NCBI RefSeq assembly: GCF_037042905.1
Contig: NC_087252.1
Location: 21,206,001 to 21,270,000, forward strand
Length of the DNA: 64,000 nucleotides
Direction of reading: 5' to 3'
DNA from: Lytechinus pictus
Lineage: Eukaryota
The notes beneath the pieces were generated by a model that had not been told where the DNA came from, searched no databases, and saw only the letters and a list, made by a program, of their open reading frames with translations. This document shows positions 41,590 to 52,842 of the stretch, piece by piece. The translations under genes and the position numbers were made by a program. Every line of letters begins with the position of its first letter. The first letter of the stretch is position 1.

Positions 41590-43474
41590 ATCGTATTTTT
41601 TGTTTTCAATAAATGTTCATTGAACCGTGAAACGATGAATATTGTTGAAGATGCTCTTCCCAAAAATAACTGTCATCATATTCTATCATTTTTATTGATA
41701 AAAATGTGTAAGAAATCCAATTATAGCAACTTTGGACTTGTGTTTATTCAACCAATGAAATTTAGCCAAAAAAGTTGTATCGTCTTTTAGAAAGTACATT
41801 TTACAAGCCTTCTGACTATTTTTTATGATGAGAATGTGGAATCAGTTCCAATAAAATGGAATCAACGTCATGATATTTGGCTTGTGACTTTTGAATATTG
41901 ACATTTTTGCCTTCTGACGGTGCTCACCGAATGGTAGCTTATAAAATTACCTACAGGCCCATGTAAAAATATATAAAAAAAACTCGTATTGGTTCGGAAA
42001 TTATTGATGTTTGTTCAAGGGGGACTTACTTTTTTGTTGTGTATAGATATAATAATTTGAAACAAAATTTTTATGGACTTTTCAAAACTGTCCGGGTTTT
42101 TTTTTTATACGCACTGTATATCGCTTATCACTACCAAATCTGTCCCTATGCAAAAAGGCAAGGAAAAATGCGAAATTTGCTGGCAATTGTGTGTATATAT
42201 ATATATATATATATCTATATATATAAAAATACATATCATACGCCTTCATGGAATTTTCTCCATTCATCTGTTTCTGTTTCCGATATGGATGGTTTTATTC
42301 AATAACAATAAACATAAGAAAGTTGCGAGAACAATAAAAATCGTTGGCCATGCACATGCACGATAATCATCACTTCCATAGATTATTGGTGCAATGATAA
42401 TACAGCCCCCCCCCCCCGGGAAATGGGATATATTCTTAAAGGATTGACAACTATGTGTTATGCATGTACAATGATAAATGTTTGAAAACATACAGCATAG
42501 AAAAATCTCCCTTTCTTCAAATCTTGCATTGTTCTTCCTTGAAACCTTATATAAAGTTCACTGCCAAACCATATTTATAAAAACAAGTAAACATTGTTTT
42601 TGTATTGTCAATATGAGACGCTACACTCAAAACAAAATATACAAATTAGAAGAGATCTCCTGTATATCAACCTAGTATTAGCTGATTTTACAAAATTACA
42701 TTCAGCCAATGCAACTAGCCAATTATGACACTCCATCCCCCTATCTCAATCGTGTGTGTGTATCTCTCTCCTTTTTTCTTTCTCTCTTTCTTTTCTCAAT
42801 TATATATATCATGTAAGAGAGGGGGCTTTGGGACCATGCCCGCCCCAAAAAGTTCAAACATATAGATAAAACTGAGAAGAGGAAAAAAGGAAAAGGAGTG
42901 ATTTATCATTCTCTAAATATGATTGTCTCAATCTATCACAAATTAGCTAAAAGGTTCAATTTTTTTGCTCGTTCGCTTCACTCTCTTATAACCTGTTTTT
43001 CTTGTAGAATTTTGATCAATACACAGTGTTTGCCTCAACTTTATCGGTTCATCACGCCAGCACAAGGCTGTTAAATTTGACAAAAGTTAGCGAAACTGCG
43101 ATCAGGGTTATCATTTTTACAGAATATCATTCAGACTAAAAACATTCCTGCTGGTTAAAAAAGAAGGAAATTTAAACTAAACTGCATTTGCAGCCATTAT
43201 CTACTCTATTAAATTTTTAAAGTAAATAACTGAATTATATTAAATGGTTCAGAATAGAATATCAGAGATATTCCAAGAGTTTTGTACATGCATAGTAGCC
43301 TATATGGGGTATTCTGAGGATACCAATCCTTTGTTCAATACGCTCTCGTAGCAATTGATGAAAACAAAAATACACATTAATAACGCATCGCTAAAACACT
43401 CTATAGATTATAATCCGTGTTATCATTATTGAGTATTATTAGTATATGACAATTATTGTCAAAACCATAACCAG

Positions 43475-43747
43475 GCCCCGGTCTTACAAAGAATTGCGAT
43501 TGATCTGATCAATATCAACTATGGAATGCCAGCAAGGTCAACATCTTAAACGCATAATAGTTAAATATGTTTTCTAGATAATTATGATGTATATTCATAA
43601 ATCTATTGTTTTCTTGATAATTTGGTGTGTTTGCCTTTGTTTACAAAGGACATTTGCACATTTCCTGTACAAAAAAATATAACAATGATGGATTTCAATA
43701 GAGTTACAATTGATTGGATCAATCGTAACTCTTTGTGAGACAGGGCC
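43475..43747. mobile_element. Harbinger-like MITE
   Basis: CAG|gccccggtcttacaaag ... ctttgtgagacagggcc|CAG. Confidence 0.6.
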
Positions 43748-44091
43748 CAGTTATCATTATAACTGTCATGATAATGTTCAAAATCATTATTATTATTATT
43801 ATTGTTCTTATTATTATCATTTTTAGTGTGACCCTTCATTATTATAACTAAAGTTATTTCAATTATAATTGTGATAATTATGATAATAAAAAATAATAAT
43901 AAAGTAGGTGGCACTACCAGTACTAGTATTGGTCTTCGTTGTTATTTAACATACATAGTAATTAAAATATTTAAGTTTATTACATAGAAGACAATCGAAA
44001 GTACTGATTAAAAATGCCTTGAAATTTCAAGGCTAAAAGACCAAGGCCCTCTTAAGGCCGATGCTTGAAAGTCCATGTCATGGATGTTGTG

Positions 44092-44096
<5 letters not shown>

Positions 44097-44164
<68 letters not shown>
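44097..44164. repeat. (TA)n microsatellite
   Basis: Directly visible. Confidence 0.95.
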
Positions 44165-44166
<2 letters not shown>

Positions 44167-46689
44167 GTACATTAAAAGATTAAGGAAGAAGGTATGACAA
44201 TTAACCTGTGCAAATTGATCATTTTAAAACTTCTTTTTGTTTAGTTTTTGTGTTTTGAAAGAGATTTGTCTATCTTATGCAAGAACATATGTGGGCCCAT
44301 TTTGAAGAATATGATATAGGTAAGCCATGTGTTCTTAGTTCGAGATATTTTCATTTTCTTTCTCCCCTTGCTCATCAGTCGACAAGATTGAAAGTTAAAT
44401 GCCAACAAAATAAGAAAGTGTCGACCATTTTGCACTTCGTTACCCTTTCTCTTGTCATATCATTTTGTACATAGTAAAATTTCAACTATTTTTAGGGGGG
44501 CTATATTTCCTTTTTATTGATTTGTAACATATCTTGTGTACAATCTTTGTGTAAGGAAAGTATAAACCATCGTCGAGAATATCGACAGATTCTCACTTCA
44601 TTTGTCAATGAAAAAAAAATTCTACAGTGACCCCACCCTCCTCCTCTAAGAAAGTGTATTATCAGTAGAGACTTCTGCGTATTAAGACTGAAGCTTTCGG
44701 TCTACATCAGTGGCGTGATGAGTAAAAGACACCAGGGCAACATTGCTTTATAAATACTTTTCTAGTAACTTTGCCGTCCCATAACTTCCATCAAATCCTT
44801 GATTATGATTGACTGATTAGTGTTACTGTCATGGTAGTTACCATTGGATGGAAAACGTACTGTTATAGTAACTTTTATGCAACGTGGCCCTTGGGTGCAA
44901 CAAGGCGTATGTGGGAAAGTTTTTTCCCTTGTTAAAATGAAAATTCAATTTTGTGATAGATGTGACACAATATTTCAAGCTTTACGCTTTCCTTTTCTTT
45001 CTTTTTCTCATTTTTTCGGTTGTAAAACTGGACTTATATGTACGCCACTGATGACCATTAAAGTTTTTAAAACCGAAACACGAGATGAAGTAAGGAACAT
45101 ATAGCAGTCGTGTTAGCCTTATCTATATTTAAAATTGCCCCTTTTCAGGCCATATCAAGAATATCAGCAACCGCTTCGCGGTCGCATAATTTATCTTTCC
45201 GTCTCTTTTTAATTTGCTTTTACACCCCTTTCCTTTTTTTCTTTTCAATTTCTTTTCTTTCATTCTTTTTTTTTTTTTTTTTTTTCTTTTCCTTACTTTC
45301 CTTTCCTTCTTTCATTTCGTCTTCTTTCTTTTCCTTTTTTTTACTCTCTATTCCTTTTCCCCCCTCTCTCAGCTTTTCCAATATCCTTTCTGTACTTTCT
45401 TTCTCTCATGCCCTTCATTTATTTTCTCTTTTCTCGTTCCTTCATCTTTTCCCTCCATTTCTTTTTTCTTTCCTCCATTTTTTCTTACCTTGGGGAAGGG
45501 TAGTGCTCAAGCCCCCCCCCCCCGTCCCAATGCCCTTCCTGATTACATATCGTTGAAATCATTTGAGGTCTATAAACACTTTTTTTGTTGCAAACATTTG
45601 ATGTTAGTTTTGAAATACCTCCCCTTTTAAAATGCAAATTATGTTAAAATAACGATCTATATAATTCGGGTTGCGTAATTGTAACTCAACACAAGAACGT
45701 AAGAAATGGTGTTTTAAACAATACAATTATACATTACTAATTATTTAAACAAGTATTTTACATGAATGAATAATTTCAACAAAATACTGCGCTTCTTGTC
45801 TAATATTCATTTTCTTCCATCAAAGTTTAACACTGCATTTTCCAAACAGGGCTATTATTCAAACTGTTACACAACCTTGGTTGGTTATGGTTTAACCAAC
45901 TGTTTCCTTAGTGCATTCGTGGTTGCATAATGTTAATAAAAATATGTAAACATTTGTTAGAATACATTGTCGTTGTGTGAATTATATCACTGACAATATT
46001 GATGAGTAGAAAAACTACACAAATATGGTGAATTATTTGCCTAATTCACAGTATGCATGCTCTACTAACGTGTATGTTTAGCCCTATGTGGTTGCAAGAA
46101 AATATATGCAGTAATACAAATTTATGTTGAAAAATCCAATTGAAAGATCAACTTCAACTTCATAAAAGTATTCAAACTTCTTGATTCAAGAAGCAGACCA
46201 TCATTGTAATGTAAATTTTGCAATCAATTGAACGATTTGTGATTGATTTTGGGATCCTAAATTGACTTGCTATTGATTGCAAGTTTATTGACAACACTCC
46301 GTTGAAGTATTTTTCAAGTGGGTTTTATCAAATCTACCGAAAATTCAAGTGTCAGTTTATATTTTGTTTACCTTAAAAAATGTAATACATGCTACAATTA
46401 TACAAAGTGATACAGTTAACATTTTTTTAAATACAATAATGATACATAGGCTTACATTGGCAATATATCTGTACCCGTTTAATTGGGTATTTCTAACCAA
46501 TGATTTGAAACACATTCGACTTGGATATGAACTCCAATTTCAGATCCATTTCATAGTGGTATTGGGTTTTAACCCTTTAAAGGTATATGAATTCACAGTG
46601 GGATAGTATCAAGAATTAAAAATGCACAGCTTCTTGTTCTCAATGCAAGTACCTACGGTCGTACTCTGGCATCACGGAGTAGTTTTCGC

Positions 46690-46936
46690 ATTTACTGCGG
46701 GGAAACTCTCGACAACGCATCGATTCCTTTGAAAATGCAATTAAAATCACGATGAAGAGCTGAGAGGCTTTTGTCGAAAGTTGATGGACCGGGACAGCAG
46801 ATCATCCAGAGTCAAGAGATTCCGATGCTGATCCGGTCCACCAACTTTCGACATAAGCCTTTCAGCTCTCCATTGTGATTTGACTTGCATTTTCAAAAGG
46901 AATTGGTGCGTTATAGAGGATTTCCCCGTAGTAAAT
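46690..46936. mobile_element. Palindromic MITE
   Basis: ~110-bp imperfect inverted arms (tttactgcgggg...gtcgaaagttgatggaccgg / ccggtccaccaactttcgac...ccccgtagtaaa). Confidence 0.6.
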
Positions 46937-47375
46937 TTTGTGAAAGTCCGGCTGCTGAATAGATGCGATCAGCGAGCTCGTCGCGCCTCAAGTGTGCTGC
47001 ACGCTCCAACCTGTGCGTTATTTGTTGAACAATAGTTCGAAACCCATTTAAAAATACTGCAAACCACCAATTTATTATATATAATGATAATTTCATATCA
47101 TATCATATCACCCAATTATGCCAAATCATCTACAGAATAATTTCGTAATCTTCACCAATGACCACCGCAGGCTGATTCCGGGATCCCGAACCTTCTTCAT
47201 CTGAACCATGTGCCTTCGCTGGAAAGTTGAGTCCAGTATAAAGAGAAATACCACCACGAGGTCCATCAAGAGATTCATAATTAGAATCCACACTTTGCCC
47301 AGTCCGATCTTCCTCATCAGCAACAACTGTCGGATGATTCCCGGAGCCCAAACCGTCTTCTTCTGAACCGGCTAC

Positions 47376-48341
47376 CTACGCTGGAAAGTTGAGTCCAGTA
47401 TAAAGAGAAATACCACATGGAGGTCCATCAAGAGATTCATAATTAGAATCAACACCTTGCCCTGTCGGATCTTCCTTACCAGTACCTTTTGACGTTCCAC
47501 CTTTATGGTCTTGAACTTGCATTAAGTTCCGGTTTTGCTTCAGTCGTAGGCAAAGAACAATATTGTTAATTGTCAGAACTAATACCAAGATGTAACCGAT
47601 GATGGCGCTTATAAGGATAATGGGGTACCTAGTAGAGTGTTCTGGTCCCCTGGTTTGTGGGGTTGTTATCTCATCTGGTATGCTACCGTCTTGTTGATTA
47701 CCTGGTACGACACATAGTATTCTTCCCTGGGCTCCAATGCCGTATGGATTAAACTCAACCTGGAAGTCATGATACCATATAGTTATATTAAAGCTTAGAT
47801 TGCCTCCAGTAATGATTGCTCCGATCTGTGTCTCATTGTTTATTGTAACGTTAAGTTGAATCTGTTCGCTTGTATTGAAATTGTTAAGGTTGCAGTTCAC
47901 ATTCATCATTGACGACGTCAAGGATTTCGCAAAACATGGTGAACAGTCTATTACTTGCACGTCGTATTCCTTGATGTTAGAGATATCACCCCTCCAGTCA
48001 TTCCTGCAGCCATATATTGCGGATTCTACACTTGCATTGTAAATATTAAAGTTACTAGTACCTTGATTCCGGGATATTTCATTCATTATCACGTAAGATG
48101 GACCTTCAACCGATTGAAAGAACACGTAGAACTCGCCATCTTTGTACCACATGTAAGAATATCTGCAGTAATCATAGTAATGGTAATCGCGAAGCCGAAA
48201 CTTGCAAACTAAAGTAATATTATCCCCTGGATTGGCAACAATTGTTTCTCGAATAACAGTACTAGCCCCCGTGTAGGAAATCATCACAAGAAGGTATACC
48301 GCAACACAAAATACCATGTTTGCGGTGTTTCTCGAATTCAT
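47376..48341 (-). CDS. Intronless Ig-V-like single-pass receptor, paralogue 4 (open frame)
   Basis: Leader MVFCVAVYLLVMISYTGA; GDNITLVC..WYKDG..NFNIYNASVESAIYGC; second Cys-containing beta-rich domain; Thr/Ser stalk; TM IILISAIIGYILVLVLTINNIVLCL; tail SNYESL...SLYTGL; start taken at the Met shared by all paralogues. Confidence 0.85.
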   Translation of the reverse strand: MNSRNTANMVFCVAVYLLVMISYTGASTVIRETIVANPGDNITLVCKFRLRDYHYYDYCRYSYMWYKDGEFYVFFQSVEGPSYVIMNEISRNQGTSNFNIYNASVESAIYGCRNDWRGDISNIKEYDVQVIDCSPCFAKSLTSSMMNVNCNLNNFNTSEQIQLNVTINNETQIGAIITGGNLSFNITIWYHDFQVEFNPYGIGAQGRILCVVPGNQQDGSIPDEITTPQTRGPEHSTRYPIILISAIIGYILVLVLTINNIVLCLRLKQNRNLMQVQDHKGGTSKGTGKEDPTGQGVDSNYESLDGPPCGISLYTGLNFPA

Positions 48342-49315
48342 CCCGACTAAACTCATGTAAGTTTTACAAATTGATTTCAAGACACACTTGCCCTAGTTTA
48401 TAAAGATATTCTTCTGTAAACTCAATAGAAACGATTTATTCTTCAGTAAGAGTAACCAAAGTTTTTTGGTTTCATAATGACTTGGCTATTTTGGCGCATA
48501 CTACCATTATCGTGATTAATGGTATTGAGGAGAGGGGCAAAGCTATGTCTTACAAAAATATATAGATATAATCATAAAAGGCACTTTGAAAAGATAATAA
48601 GCACATACCCGATAGTAAAAAGCCTTATATAAAGGAACACAGAGAAAAGGAGCAATAGAAAGAAAAGGAAATTAGGGTGTGGGGGGGGAGTTAATCCATG
48701 CATCCCCATGCACTAATAATCATGTGTCTATGTCATATTATATATTTATCTTGCTTGTCAAAATTCAATTCACACTTAAGATGGTAAAGAGTAATTTTGT
48801 CACGCTTAATGTACAAAAAATAGTTTCAGTTTTGTATGTATCTCATTTTAGATAGTGCTCCTGCTTGTCAAATTTCAATTCACATTTTAGAGTTCTTTGG
48901 CAACGCTTGACGTAAAACAAAATGTTTTAGTTTTGTTTAATCCTATTTCCCCATCTTGCAAGACAGCTTTTATTGATACCAATTCACAAAAGAAACATTA
49001 AACAAATGTATTCTCATAATATACAGAGTACATTTTTATCTATATACTCTTGCATTATATTATACATAATAGTAATATTGCAACTTTTCCAACTCTTACT
49101 CAACAATTAAAGGAAAGTGATGTTTATAGTGCTTAGTTAACATGTAAGCATAAATGATGTTTAAGCCATGTCTTTTTTCCCAGGTATAACTTTCAAAGTG
49201 TGAATTCCATTTGTAAGATTTGTGTTATATTGAAAATAGAAATGAACCTTTTCATGTGTAATTGTATAGACTACAGTAAAAGATTTAAAATTAACATATT
49301 TTTTTTTCTATAATA

Positions 49316-49999
49316 TCGTCGGCGGTCATCCGAACCGTCGTATCCACATACGATGGTTGAAAACCCATTTCAGAGAAAATCGACTTCAAAGTTTACTATC
49401 ATTTTCACACTTAGTTCTCCGGCCTTACAACATATTCATTGCTAGAAAAATACATGGTTGGAAAGGCCAAGACAATTGCTTGACAACTGTATTCTTATTT
49501 TTACACAAAACCATGGATTCTAGAAAATATCGCAAAAGAGCTCCATGCTTGTAATTTCGGTTTGAGCGGTTTAGATTTTCCCTGTACAAAAACGCCATAG
49601 AGAATACAACGACCCTGACCGCGATTTCAATGCGCGCGGTCAGTCAAAACGTCGTGGTCGTATCGCTTTTCACGTGCAAAGTCAATGCAGTGCAGATGGC
49701 CGATACGACATTTTGGTTGACCGCGCGCACTGAAATTGCGGTCAGTCAAAACGTCGTATCGTCTGCTACAGTACACGTTTCCAATGGGATTTGCGCATTT
49801 TATCAAAAAAATGTATGGCATCGCCGTGAAAATCCCCTCATATCTCAGATACTAAGATAAATTGCTGCCTAAAAATTCATTTATGAATAGAGTAGGACTT
49901 GTACATTCATTTTCTGTAAAAATCTCAAAATCGATTTTTTTTTTTTTTTTTTTTTTAATCAAAATTGACTGATACGACGGTTCGGATGAACGCAGACGA
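49316..49999. mobile_element. TA-flanked MITE
   Basis: TA|TCGTCGGCGGTCATCCGAACCGTCGTATC ... GATACGACGGTTCGGATGAACGCAGACGA|TA. Confidence 0.75.
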
Positions 50000-50777
50000 T
50001 ATGTTTCATCTTTATAAATCAAAAGAAGTTATACATTCAACCCAGGTCCATGGCACAGAACTATAACAATATAATCATTGTGCCATTGGCAGAGTGTAAT
50101 ACATGAACAATACATACATGGCATACATACAATAATAATACCATACAAAGATACATACATGAAATAGAAAATGAAACTTTTAAAGACCTAACTTGAATAA
50201 GAGAGTACGTATTAATTCTATAACAATAAAAAGAAAGTATATTAATTTAATGATATTTCAACATATTTAGAATCGTGTATAAGTTATTCATTAAACAATA
50301 ATAATGCTCAATTTATAATATGTTCAGATGTTGTAATAAGTTATATGGAGTGGAGTAGGCCTATTAAATTTACAATTGTAGAAAATAGTTGATATGTACA
50401 GGGATAATTTGTTTTGGACATAATTATATCGGTATTATTAACATATCGTAAATTGGACAAGAAAACTAATGGTATATTTCATTGTTGCACATTCAAAATT
50501 TGATAAACAGCTAGTTATTAATATATAAACAAAAATTATGTTCTACGGCAAATGTATAACTACATGTATACAGTTTATTTTTTATAATGATATTTCAACG
50601 TGGTAAGAATTATGTATGAGCTCTTCATTAAACAATATAGTAATACTTAATCTATAATACATTAATTTTGTTTTCCCATCAACAATTAGACGTGATACGA
50701 CAGTTCTGTTCGAGACTAGCATATCGGACAGTCACCATTAGGTGATAGTACATTTTATATAAATTCAGGGGTGCCGC

Positions 50778-51160
50778 TTATTTCAAAATTAGTTGGTCCG
50801 GGATTGACATATACCCTGTGTCGTTCCAGTGTGGTTCATTTCTTGCGTTGTAGATACCATAAGACGTTACGAGAGCTAGTCTACTTAATGTCTGGCATAT
50901 GTGTTTGATTTGACCTTTCAGGTTCTGTACATTGACTAATTGGAACATGGCTTTGAGCGTTGCTCTATTCTCTTCGGAAATATGGCCTCGTGATCCTACT
51001 TCGAAACACCATAAAGTACATTTGTAACCAGAGTGCCTTAAGTCATTTACCAAGGGTGTGTACTTGTTCACCTTGTACCGGTGACTATTATTCATGTTCA
51101 TCTCGAACGGAACTGTCAATTCGAATATGAATATTTCTTTTACTCTTGGCCGATATAGTA
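50778..51160 (-). mobile_element. 3' fragment of an RLE-type non-LTR retrotransposon (HERO/NeSL-like)
   Basis: IFIFELTVPFE...KVNKYTPLVNDL..SGY...FEVGSRG is the C-terminal restriction-like endonuclease signature; AT-rich presumed 3' UTR extends towards ~50005. Confidence 0.75.
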
Positions 51161-51287
51161 CTTTTAGAAATGTACGTCCACATAGTGGACTGGTACGAGA
51201 TGACGTCATTTGTTGGCGTTCCATATGCCTCAGGTCCTCACACACGTCCACTATCAGAATCGAGAACCTCGCCACATCCATTTTGCG

Positions 51288-51751
51288 GGCCGCACGGGCC
51301 TATTAACATTGGGAAAGCAAGAGATATTCATTCGAGCCAACCCATTGCTATTTTTTTAATTTTGATATGGCTGATTGACAAAGTGTATGCATATGATTGT
51401 CCATCTAACACTGATTCTATTTTTGGTAATTACTGAACTTCCTTTTCCCAAATTGGGAAGAAATATCACCAATTTTGGACTATATTCTGACTGGCGGAAG
51501 GATTAGGGCTATTTTGCTGTTTGAGGTGATGAATCTGCTCCCCCCGACGGTGTCTTCAAACACGCCAATTTATTTTTAAAATGAGCCGGTCGAGGGACCC
51601 TTTTCTGGTCAGATATGGATTGCCAGATAAATATCCTATCCACTGGTAGTAAACATTCGACCCCCGAATTTCATCCTTATTTTTTATGAATTTTTCAAAG
51701 TGCCAATTTAACACACGAGTCTATGGGGAATGAGTTAGGCCTGTGGTACCT
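51288..51751. repeat. Long terminal direct repeat (LTDR) 1
   Basis: Starts GGCCGCACGGGCCTA, ends TAGGCCTGTGGTACCT (imperfect ~16-bp TIR); right boundary inferred from the TIR only. Confidence 0.7.
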
Positions 51752-52091
51752 ATAGCCAAAATAGGGGAAAATCTCAGTTTTCAGTAAGTCGATGAAATAC
51801 GTACTAAAACTTGTCAAAAATACTTATTTTTCACTAATATCCACATTTCAATCATCAGGAGATGCAGTAAAGTGGGAGAATTGGGCTAAGCAGGCGGTAA
51901 GCAGGTAAGTAACTAAGCTTCTATGTATATAGCCTAACTTAGGGCCTTAGCCTAACTTGTGTGTACATAACTTCATCCACATCTACCGACGATTACCGGT
52001 ACCGGTATGCAGCTGTGCTGTGCTACACTAATTAACGTTAGTTTGATCGCTACCACTGTATACTGAGTTAGATACGGTATATTGAGTGATT

Positions 52092-52526
52092 ATGGCTGTT
52101 GCTGCAGTTGGCAGAGGAATGGGGAGGAGAGAATTAAAGAATCTGGAAAAGGAAGAATGGTGTCGTCATTACGCAGATAAGATTAGAGGGAAGCATAGTG
52201 GGGCAGAGGGGGACCCAATATCTCAGTGTTGGATTTTCCATGGGAGGAGCAAGACAGGCTCCAAATATAAGTGTATGGATGTGACAATACCAGGGATAGG
52301 CAAGACTGTGCGCGCAGCACACAGGGTGGCCTATATGACCAGTATTGCCAGGTCTTGGTCCTTGCCATCTGAGCTTGAAGTGTCCCATTTGTGTTGTGAG
52401 CCTGCCTGCGTTAGACCAGCACATTTGGTACTTGAAAGCCATGAGGAAAACATATCTCGACGGAATTGCAATTCTTTGCAAAGATGTCTTGGGCACGGAA
52501 CCAGACCATTATGTATCTTTAATTAA
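52092..52526 (+). CDS. His-Me finger (His-Cys box, I-PpoI-like) nuclease, copy 1
   Basis: CWIF...AHRVAY...EVSHLCCEPACVRPAHLVLESHEENISRRNC...CLGH...C. Confidence 0.9.
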   Translation: MAVAAVGRGMGRRELKNLEKEEWCRHYADKIRGKHSGAEGDPISQCWIFHGRSKTGSKYKCMDVTIPGIGKTVRAAHRVAYMTSIARSWSLPSELEVSHLCCEPACVRPAHLVLESHEENISRRNCNSLQRCLGHGTRPLCIFN

Positions 52527-52842
52527 AGTTTGATCCATAAAAGTTAGTATTGCTCCTCCCTTATTTGACTAGGTCCCCCAGCCCAATGAGGTAGGCTTAT
52601 TATGGTAGGCTACAACTTTTAGGAATAACTTTGATTTATTTGTTACAATTAGTACAACTTCAATTCTTCATGTGTTTATAGGCCTGATCTAAATCTAGAC
52701 CTAATTGACTGTGGGCTAGATAATAAGTTGATGCCAAATAAGAGTTAGAGTTAGTCTCCATGGTCTAAATTTAGCCTGCCCATTAGAATGTAGACCATGT
52801 CTATATTCTTAGCAGAATTATTGCCTGTAAAAAAGGGAGAGT

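Larger units (their letters stand above)
38518..42041. mobile_element. Non-autonomous TA-flanked transposon, copy B
   Basis: Same TIRs and body as 12134-14187, plus two extra segments. Confidence 0.85.
37313..42116. mobile_element. TA-flanked MITE (CAGTGCGTAT ends) hosting nested insertions
   Basis: TA|CAGTGCGTATCACAAAAAAACCGGGACAG ... CTGTCCGGGTTTTTTTTTTATACGCACTG|TA; right TIR split by the element at 38518-42041. Confidence 0.8.
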
